Below are positions 8,435-15,016 of a DNA stretch of 32,000 bases, in pieces; position 1 is the first letter of the stretch; each line of letters starts with the position of its first letter. Origin of the DNA: Pseudoalteromonas translucida KMM 520 (GTDB taxonomy: Bacteria > Pseudomonadota > Gammaproteobacteria > Enterobacterales > Alteromonadaceae); assembly GCF_001465295.1 (NCBI RefSeq), contig NZ_CP011034.1, positions 1,800,001 through 1,832,000 of the forward strand, written 5' to 3'. The notes under the pieces were generated by a model. That model had not been told where the DNA came from and ran no database searches. It saw nothing but the letters and a program-made list of their open reading frames with translations. Made by a program: the position numbers and the translations under genes.

Positions 8435-9271
8435 TTAAACCCCATTCCTTGCTGATTTAATGTCGAGAAGATTTATCTGTTTTATCTTGTCCTTATGAAT
8501 GACAATTGTAAGCCTTGCTGGATACTTGAATCGCATTTCACTAATACGAAACGTCCACAACATTATTTTCAACAGGTCTTCATCGCTAATAGTTTTGTGT
8601 CCCTTTATTCGAGTTATACCCGATCCAAATATGGGAGTCGACACACTCTCCTGTGCGTATACGTTATTTACCTTGTCCCAAAAATTTATTAGAAACTCAA
8701 GGTATTCAGGCATCGTAATTTCCGCCTTATTGCTTTCATCGAATTTTGTAAATGCAGTTAATAGATAGCTTTTGTAAACACAAACAGTCCCTATCTGATG
8801 ACGAACTTTCTTCCCTGATTTTCTCTCGATGTTGCTTTCAAGTATTTCGCTAGTTTCAAAAGCATAATCACCAATGTAGCGATCTAGCTCTGATACAGAT
8901 ACGTCAAGATGATTTTTGATAAATATGCCATTTAGCGAACTCTCTGCGATTATTTTATTATCTACTAAGGTATCAAAATATTCGTTAAAGGCGATTGCCT
9001 TTAATCCCGGTTCTAAGAAAATATCACCGACTTTTATCGTTACTTCACTTCCTTCAATGTCAATTTCAATTTTATTTAGATTGTTAGACCATACCCAAAT
9101 CATCAAATAGATTACTAATAATGCACCTATAAAAATCCATCCATAAGTGGTTTTGCATTCTTCTGGTATACCAACAAACAGAACAACCAATGACAAAGTC
9201 GCGCTTATCCCTGAGGTGATTTTTAAAAAGTTATCAATCACCCTCCTGTCAAACAGACTAACCTTACTCAT
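8435..9271 (-). CDS. thsA: Thoeris type II effector-like protein ThsA: two N-terminal TM helices plus a C-terminal Macro-like domain
   Basis: TM helices ITSGISATLSLVVLFVGIP and GWIFIGALLVIYLMIWVWS. The soluble domain begins VTIKVGDIFLEPGLKAIAFNEYFDT, reminiscent of the macro-domain GDIT..AIVNAAN strand-loop. Lies immediately downstream of a TIR-like gene in the same unit. Confidence 0.6.
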   Translation of the reverse strand: MSKVSLFDRRVIDNFLKITSGISATLSLVVLFVGIPEECKTTYGWIFIGALLVIYLMIWVWSNNLNKIEIDIEGSEVTIKVGDIFLEPGLKAIAFNEYFDTLVDNKIIAESSLNGIFIKNHLDVSVSELDRYIGDYAFETSEILESNIERKSGKKVRHQIGTVCVYKSYLLTAFTKFDESNKAEITMPEYLEFLINFWDKVNNVYAQESVSTPIFGSGITRIKGHKTISDEDLLKIMLWTFRISEMRFKYPARLTIVIHKDKIKQINLLDIKSARNGV

Positions 9272-9354
9272 AGTTTATACCAATATAAACCCGCTGCCCT
9301 CTTCGTCGCCAACATGAAGTCACTATCCTTTAAGGCTGCCTCTATGATTGCTTT

Positions 9355-9831
9355 TTACATTGGAATATGAAGAGTAGGAACCTTGTACATCGAATCTCTG
9401 AAGATAGGTAATTTGTTCCACAGGTTTTTTACTGACTGCTTCAACGATCCATTCAGCAGAAGACTTTCTTTCGAGTCATAATCTGGATAAATAACAATAA
9501 CAGGAAGTCCTTGATCGTTGATGCCATAATCAATCTCTTCTCGTAGTGCTCTTGAGCTAACTGTATTAGAGCTTAAAAATAATACAATATTTTTTGAGCT
9601 TCTAAGGCGTTCTCTCAGTCGTGGTTTCAACGTGGTTTCCCAAGCGCTATTGTCACGGACGTTATATGTCTTGCCATGTGAATCATTAAAAGGAAATGAT
9701 GCGTCCTTCCCTTTCCATGCTCGCAACATGTTGTAGTAGCAAAAATCTTTTGTAGCATGTGCACCTAGTGCGCTTGCGTTAAACGGCTCTGCAACATAAA
9801 AGGCTGCGTAATTTCCATTTCGATATGCCAT
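9355..9831 (-). CDS. thsB: TIR-like domain protein (DUF1863/MTH538 TIR-like), Thoeris ThsB
   Basis: 158 aa. NGNYAAFYV.. start, FPFNDSH...VRDNSAWETTLKPRLRERLRSSKNIVLFLSSNTVSSRALREEIDYG is the typical TIR-like (PF08937-type) pattern. GGAGG RBS 4 nt upstream of the ATG. Confidence 0.7.
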   Translation of the reverse strand: MAYRNGNYAAFYVAEPFNASALGAHATKDFCYYNMLRAWKGKDASFPFNDSHGKTYNVRDNSAWETTLKPRLRERLRSSKNIVLFLSSNTVSSRALREEIDYGINDQGLPVIVIYPDYDSKESLLLNGSLKQSVKNLWNKLPIFRDSMYKVPTLHIPM

Positions 9832-9882
9832 ATTTCCTCCACGTAATTAAGAATTTTGATAAATGCCTAGTTTGACTGCTGG

Positions 9883-9990
9883 CCCCCTAACGCTTAAATA
9901 ACAGGCTAAGTAATGGTTGGCTAAAATTGTGTAGCGAAGCGAAACGTAGCCAACTGTTACGTGTCCTTGTTTATTTTCTTGTTAGCTTAC
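9883..9990 (-). other. attC recombination site (about 108 bp) ending the HEPN cassette
   Basis: Minus strand reads GTAAGCTAAC-AAGAAAATAAACAAGGACACGTAACAGTTGGCTA...TAGCCAACCATTACTTAGCCTGTTATTTAAGC-GTTAGGGGG. It is a long imperfect palindrome with extra bases in the 5' arm. The HEPN gene stop codon lies inside the inverse core. It shares CTAACGC, AATGGTTGGCTA, GCCAACTGTT and GTTAGC blocks with the site at 12436-12523. Confidence 0.75.
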
Positions 9991-10569
9991 ATTTGTGTAT
10001 TGAGGTCTACCAATTAAATCAATGTCTATATCTTTTAGCATTGCTCCATTAGTCCATATTAATTCTAGTTGTCGAGCCGCCTCTTTATATCGGGCAGCGC
10101 TATCAATATCAGAATATGCAGCTATTTTCATGTCAGGAAATAACCTAGGAAGTTTATCATTAGGAGTATCATGTGGAACTTCATGAGTAGCTGTCGTTTT
10201 ATGAGGTTTTGCATGAGCTAACCAATTCCGGAATTTGATCATTTCTTGTATAGTCTGCCAAGGCTGTGCTGAAAAATCAGCATCAACTCCTAATTCTTTG
10301 GAAACAAGAATGATTTTTCCAATTATGGAAGTAGACTCAAAATTCTTCCACTGACTTTTAAATAGCTGTGACCCATAGACATTCGCAGTAGCTTCTACGG
10401 AAAAAACAGAAAAAATCATTGATGGAATTATCCATCTAAATTTATGGCCTGGTTCTTCTTTTTCCGCCATATTGAACTGGTTACTTGCAATAGATTGAAG
10501 CGGTATTATTTCAGGGCACTCAACAGTTATTTTTACTTTTTTGGTACGACTCAAAGGTAAACTCTCCAT
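9982..10569 (-). CDS. Stand-alone HEPN-domain protein (predicted RNase), 195 aa
   Basis: Rx4H motif R114-N-W-L-A-H119 (nt 10213-10230) within a predicted helical protein. An upstream helix ..FSVFSVEATANVYG.. is typical of HEPN helix 1. Met34 is an alternative start. Confidence 0.55.
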   Translation of the reverse strand: MESLPLSRTKKVKITVECPEIIPLQSIASNQFNMAEKEEPGHKFRWIIPSMIFSVFSVEATANVYGSQLFKSQWKNFESTSIIGKIILVSKELGVDADFSAQPWQTIQEMIKFRNWLAHAKPHKTTATHEVPHDTPNDKLPRLFPDMKIAAYSDIDSAARYKEAARQLELIWTNGAMLKDIDIDLIGRPQYTNVS

Positions 10570-10580
10570 GTAAGCTAACG

Positions 10581-12435
10581 AGCCTGTAGATTAACTCGTT
10601 TTTTTATTTGTTTTTATTGATAAACAAACCATAGCTGAGTTCCTATTTTGGTTCAATCGATTACTTATTTTATGCAGAATATAAAGTGGGAGTTTGATGT
10701 TGTTTTAATTGGCATTTTGGAAGCTATTACTGGTGTTTAAGTGGCTTTATTTTAGGTTAAAAGGGCTTCCCCTTCCTAATGCATCGTGTTTTGCAGCTTT
10801 TCTATATTATGAACAAGGCAATACAGTTGCCATTGTGCATTCACTTTCATTTGACCCCGTAAGGTCAACTTATTCATGCCTTTATTCACTGTAATGTTGC
10901 CAAACACCGGTTCAATACAACCAAGTCGTTTACTGTATTGTCGTCGACCTATCGGGCTGTCTATTTTTACTTTCATTTTGTCTACATAGCTCAGCTTTTT
11001 GCGTGATTCATTATTGATAAACTGCACTTGTCGCCCTGTTTTAATCGGCGGCTTTCGCATGCATTGTTGCTGTAGCGGACACGTTTTACAGTCTTTTAAG
11101 TAACCGCAGAACCGGGTGTATTTTTGGTTATGGCTGTTTACATTTATACCGCTTCGCCACATGGCATTGCCTGCGGGGCAGCGGCATGTTTGGGTTGCTT
11201 CATCATAATGAAAATCATCTGAGGTAAATAGTCGTGGTTTGCCTTTACTGCGTTTTAGTCTGCGCTTTTCTTGCTCCGTTTCGTATGTTTCGCTGGCTTT
11301 AAACAGCGGGTTTCTTTTTCTAAATTGGTTATCCGCAATGTAGGTATCGAACCCGCTTTTCGCCATAAATTCAAGATTCACTTCGCTGTTAAACCCACTG
11401 TCTGCAGTGAATTTAATGGTGGGTTCATCTGCCCGTTTTTCTGTATTGAGTTTAGCAAGCTGCTGTTTTAATTGTGCAATGGCTGGCTGTAAGGTTTGTT
11501 GTTCACCCACTGAACCCCACGCTTGAGCTTGCAAGATAATTTGGTGTTTATCGTCATTTATCGCGATGCCGTTGTAGCCTTGAATTGTGCCTTTTGAGGT
11601 GGTCATTTTCGCGCTGTCGGGGTCGGTGATATTACTTTTAACTGGCTTGCCTTTACTGCCTGTTTTTTCTTTGTGAGTGGCTAAGAACTCGGTGATTTTG
11701 TCTGCACTTTTATCCAGCTTTTCTTTTTGTTTTAAGTCCTGAGTTATCAACTCTTCGCCCAGTTCATCTTGTGATTGGTGGCGCTCAATAATACGTTTGC
11801 TTGCGCGTTCTAGTTTTGCTTTTTTGCGACCTAACTCATCGAATGTGCCGCTCCACTCTTTACTCGCATTGGACTTTAATTTACATCCATCAATGGCAAA
11901 CATATTGCGGCCTATCAAGCCTTCCTCATCACATATCATCAGTACTTGCGTAAAAAGCGGCTCAATCTGTTCATGCATTTTAGCCACAAAACCCGCTATA
12001 GATGTGTAATGCGGCTGGATATCCCCCGATACACTCATAAATAAAATATTATTCTCGCAAGCCTTTGCAATCCGACGGCTACTAATTAATCCATGTGCAT
12101 AACCCAGTAAAATAATCTTTAACATCACCGATGGCGGATACGCCGCCGCGCCCGTTTTGTCGTTGTTATACCACGCATCAAAGCCCGATAAATCGAGCTT
12201 GTTTTCGACAATATAACAAAGAGCATATTCAAATGTGCCAGGCAAAATTTGCTCAGCAAAATTGATAGGAATGAATTTATTTTGACAGGACAAGTCAGGC
12301 TTGTAGTTGGCCATAACGATTTACCGTGGGTGAATAATATCTATTAGATCACAGCGAACGGATGGGTTCAAGGTTAAAAAGCAATCAATTCGAAATAGTA
12401 AGATACGTTCCTAAAAAGAGTAATTCTACAGCCTC
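10581..12435 (-). mobile_element. IS1182-family insertion sequence (about 1.85 kb) inserted in the GTTA core of an attC site
   Basis: Terminal inverted repeats (G)AGCCTGTAGATTAACTCGTTTTT (left) vs GAGGCTGTAGAATTACTCTTTTT (reverse complement of the right end). Flanked by direct repeat AAC(G) at 10577-10580 and 12436-12439. Removing it restores CTAACGCCTTGCTAAGCGG.., which parallels the attC at 9883-9990. Confidence 0.8.
10776..12314 (-). CDS. IS1182-family DDE transposase
   Basis: 512 aa. N-terminal ..AYPPSVMLKIILLGYAHGLISSRRIAKACENNILFMSVSG.. (the transposase InsH/DUF772-like signature of IS1182/IS5-type enzymes). C-terminal Cys-rich region and DDE region. Confidence 0.85.
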   Translation of the reverse strand: MANYKPDLSCQNKFIPINFAEQILPGTFEYALCYIVENKLDLSGFDAWYNNDKTGAAAYPPSVMLKIILLGYAHGLISSRRIAKACENNILFMSVSGDIQPHYTSIAGFVAKMHEQIEPLFTQVLMICDEEGLIGRNMFAIDGCKLKSNASKEWSGTFDELGRKKAKLERASKRIIERHQSQDELGEELITQDLKQKEKLDKSADKITEFLATHKEKTGSKGKPVKSNITDPDSAKMTTSKGTIQGYNGIAINDDKHQIILQAQAWGSVGEQQTLQPAIAQLKQQLAKLNTEKRADEPTIKFTADSGFNSEVNLEFMAKSGFDTYIADNQFRKRNPLFKASETYETEQEKRRLKRSKGKPRLFTSDDFHYDEATQTCRCPAGNAMWRSGINVNSHNQKYTRFCGYLKDCKTCPLQQQCMRKPPIKTGRQVQFINNESRKKLSYVDKMKVKIDSPIGRRQYSKRLGCIEPVFGNITVNKGMNKLTLRGQMKVNAQWQLYCLVHNIEKLQNTMH

Positions 12436-12523
12436 AACGCCTTGCTAAGCGGATAAAAATGGTTGGCTATAATCGCGCAGCGATGGCCAACTGTTTTTAT
12501 TCCGTTTAAGCAACTTATAGTTA
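12436..12523 (-). other. Body of the attC site of the protease cassette, separated from both of its core sites by IS insertions
   Basis: Imperfect palindrome CTAACGCCTTGCTAAGCGGATAAAAATGGTTGGC...GCCAACTGTTTTTATTCCGTTTAAGCAACTTATAGTTA. Its GTTA core end is at 10571-10580 across the IS1182. Its inverse core (GAGTGCTAAC, 14058-14067) lies across the IS110 element. Confidence 0.7.
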
Positions 12524-12761
12524 CTCCGTTCCATTAATTAATGTATTTACCTATCTCATTAATACATGGAATATGCTTCTGTTGATCACGAATATTTGAG
12601 CGGAAACAATCAATGTTTGTAACAAGACTTTCGGATCAACAGGAGTAATTTGTTTCAATACGCATACTCAGGGATTGTCGTAATGCCGACTATCTATAAG
12701 ACTTGCGAGAAACACTATTAGCCTCTATTTATTCTTTCACTTTACCTCTAGGAGGCCCAAA
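12524..12761 (+). ncRNA. Candidate IS110 bridge (seeker) RNA encoded in the left non-coding end
   Basis: 238 nt non-coding leader upstream of the recombinase gene. Hairpin CCATTAATTAATG/CATTAATACATGG (12531-12569). CTCAGGGATTGTCGTAA (12667-12683) resembles the element right end CTCAGGGCGTGTTGTTA (14045-14061). CTATAAG (12694-12700) is the reverse complement of the target flank CTTATAG (12514-12520). There is no direct evidence of transcription. Confidence 0.35.
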
Positions 12762-14030
12762 ATGGAAGCCTTTAACGTCTCAGGTTTTGCTGCCCTTATC
12801 GGGATCGATTGGGCCGACCGTAAACATGATATTTGTGAAATAAACCGCGACACAAACACACAACATTTAAGTGTGATTTCCTCTGAACCTAAGTCAATTA
12901 ATGCATGGGCGCTTGAGTTAAAACAACGCTACAACGGCAGACCCGTTGCTGTCGCGTGTGAGCTAAAAAAAGGTCCACTTATATATGCACTCAGTAAATT
13001 TAAGCACATTATATTATTTGTGATTAACCCATCAAGTGTCGCCAAATACCGTGCAGCATTTTCGCACAGCGGGGCTAAAGATGATCCTACTGATGCGATT
13101 ATTCAAGTTGAAATTCTACAACTTCACATGGATAAATTAACGGTTATTAGACCTGACACAGAAGAAGTTAGGTGCCTTGCACAGCTTGTCGAATACAGAC
13201 GTAAATTAGTACAAGATCGTGTTAATTTAACCAATAAAATAGCCACAACGCTAAAAAATTATTACCCCCACGTGATTGATTGGTTTAAAGAAAAGGACAC
13301 TCAAATATTCTGTGACTTTTTACTGCGTTGGCCATCTCTTACTCACGCTAAAAAAGCGAGAAAGCAAACACTACTCGACTTCTTTAATCAACATAACTCC
13401 CGCTACCCACTCGTTAATGAAAAGCGGATAAAAGAAATAAAGGATGCTGAAATTCTCACCGATGATATGGCCGTGATCACGCCAAACTTATTGCTTATTG
13501 AATGCCTCGTTCCTCAACTCAAACATCTAATGCAGGCAATAACCCGATTTGATAACGAAATTAAAACGCTTTATAAGCAACATTCAGATCGCGCTATTTT
13601 TGATAGTTTACCAGGTGCAGGACCACAATTAGCGCCTCGGTTATTAGCCGCTATGGGGTCAAATCGTGACCGTTATAAGTGCGCTGCTGACATACAAAAA
13701 TACGCAGGCATTGCCCCTGTTACCGAGCGCAGTGGCAAGAAGGAATGGATACACTGGCGATATTCGTGCACTAAATTTTTAAGGCAAACATTTGTTGAAT
13801 GGGCAGGATTATCTGTGCGTTATTCATTTTGGGCAAAAGCATATTATCGGCAGCAAGAGGCCAAAGGAAAACCCCATAATACCATCATCAGATCATTAGC
13901 ATTTAAGTGGATAAGAATACTATTTAGGTGCTGGAAAACACATACGCCCTACGATGAATCAACTTACTTAATCGCATTGAAAAGTAAGGGATCACCGCTG
14001 TTAAAATTTGCGGTGGAAAGTGAACTTTAG
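12762..14030 (+). CDS. IS110-family DEDD transposase/recombinase
   Basis: 422 aa. N-terminal RuvC-like DEDD domain (ALIGIDWADRKHDICE). C-terminal Transposase_20 region (LPGAGPQLAPRLLAAMG ... YAGIAPVTERSGKK). GGAGG RBS upstream. Confidence 0.9.
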   Translation: MEAFNVSGFAALIGIDWADRKHDICEINRDTNTQHLSVISSEPKSINAWALELKQRYNGRPVAVACELKKGPLIYALSKFKHIILFVINPSSVAKYRAAFSHSGAKDDPTDAIIQVEILQLHMDKLTVIRPDTEEVRCLAQLVEYRRKLVQDRVNLTNKIATTLKNYYPHVIDWFKEKDTQIFCDFLLRWPSLTHAKKARKQTLLDFFNQHNSRYPLVNEKRIKEIKDAEILTDDMAVITPNLLLIECLVPQLKHLMQAITRFDNEIKTLYKQHSDRAIFDSLPGAGPQLAPRLLAAMGSNRDRYKCAADIQKYAGIAPVTERSGKKEWIHWRYSCTKFLRQTFVEWAGLSVRYSFWAKAYYRQQEAKGKPHNTIIRSLAFKWIRILFRCWKTHTPYDESTYLIALKSKGSPLLKFAVESEL

Positions 14031-14058
14031 TGCTTGCTGTCCACCTCAGGGCGTGTTG

Positions 14059-14751
14059 TTAGCACTCTTCAATTTCACGAATAAACTTAATAAGATCTTT
14101 AGCGGAATGCGCTAAACCCAATTCAACTATGCGATAAATACTCTCAGCAAATTTATCTCCGTTATCTTCAACATCTGTAAAGGAATGAACTTCTATCGAT
14201 GATTCATGATTACTGAATAACATTCCAGCTAGCTTACCTGTTTGCTCGCTAACCAAAGGACTACCGCTAAAGCCCTTTAAGGAAGGGAAAGATAATTCTG
14301 TAGTTGTATGAGCTAATGGGTGGTTAGATGTCTCCGAGTTACTAACTACATATCCTTTTAGCATTCGTGCATTAATATTAACAACCTTATTTTTTTGCCC
14401 AATATTATTAAAGCCAAAAGCTCTTACATCATGACCTGGTAAGTACTCTGTGTCATTAAGTTCAAAACACTTGTAGCTTTGGTGTTTGATAAAGTTTCCA
14501 ATGGCAAAATCATATTTAGGATGTGATTTTATGTTGTAGATAACATCAATGTCACCACTAATTAAATTTTTACCAAGTAGAACCTCGCCTTCTTGAACCA
14601 TTTCAATTATATGCCTACACGTTGCAATTTTCCCTTCGTTACCGATGAAAAAAGCAACACCAGCATAGCGGTCTATATCAAAATGAAGAGTACTCCCTTC
14701 ATGTCTTCTTTTAGCGATGAGTAATGTGATTTGATATTCGCCGTAGTTCAT
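14059..14751 (-). CDS. Cytoplasmic trypsin-fold (S1-like) serine protease, 230 aa
   Basis: Catalytic triad in canonical order: H47 (IATCRHII), D81 (KYDFAIG), S162 (LKGFSGSPL). No signal peptide. GGAG RBS 7 nt upstream. The stop codon lies inside the attC inverse core TGCTAAC. Confidence 0.65.
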   Translation of the reverse strand: MNYGEYQITLLIAKRRHEGSTLHFDIDRYAGVAFFIGNEGKIATCRHIIEMVQEGEVLLGKNLISGDIDVIYNIKSHPKYDFAIGNFIKHQSYKCFELNDTEYLPGHDVRAFGFNNIGQKNKVVNINARMLKGYVVSNSETSNHPLAHTTTELSFPSLKGFSGSPLVSEQTGKLAGMLFSNHESSIEVHSFTDVEDNGDKFAESIYRIVELGLAHSAKDLIKFIREIEEC

Positions 14752-14760
14752 TAATACTCC

Positions 14761-14876
14761 AGAGTGCTAACAGCTTATTGAACACCACTTTGGGAGGTTA
14801 TAACACCCCAAAACGGCGCATATTACATTGCTCGATAACCAAACCAAACAACTTACTTATAAACAAGTAGTTACAA
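14761..14876 (-). other. attC-like region upstream of the protease cassette; GTTA core certain, outer boundary uncertain
   Basis: Minus strand ..AAGCTGTTAGCACTCT: the GTTAGCACTCT core is the exact reverse complement of the inverse core at 14058-14068. Upstream there are imperfect palindromes (TTGGGGTGTTATAACCTCCCAA) and a possible inverse core TTGTAAC at 14870-14876. Confidence 0.4.
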
Positions 14877-15016
14877 TTGCTATTTTGTAACCTTTGTTAT
14901 TTAACCCCAAAACGACTTTTAATAATGTTATGGGACAAAACCTACAACACTGTATTTATACACAGTGTCAAATTAAATCTATTTTTTATAAAAACGCATC
15001 TGCAATTATCACTTAT

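Larger units (their letters stand above)
12520..14061 (+). mobile_element. IS110-family insertion sequence, complete (about 1.54 kb), inserted next to the TAAC inverse core of an attC
   Basis: The right boundary is defined by the end of identity with the remnant at 5747-5923. GTTA is present at both junctions (12520-12523 and 14058-14061). No terminal inverted repeats, as is typical for IS110. Long 238 bp left non-coding end and about 30 bp right end. Confidence 0.8.

Noticed and set aside
10709-10894. 61 aa ORF at the edge of the IS1182 element.
   Set aside because: It overlaps the 3' end of the transposase gene on the opposite strand, within the IS. It has no RBS or motif.
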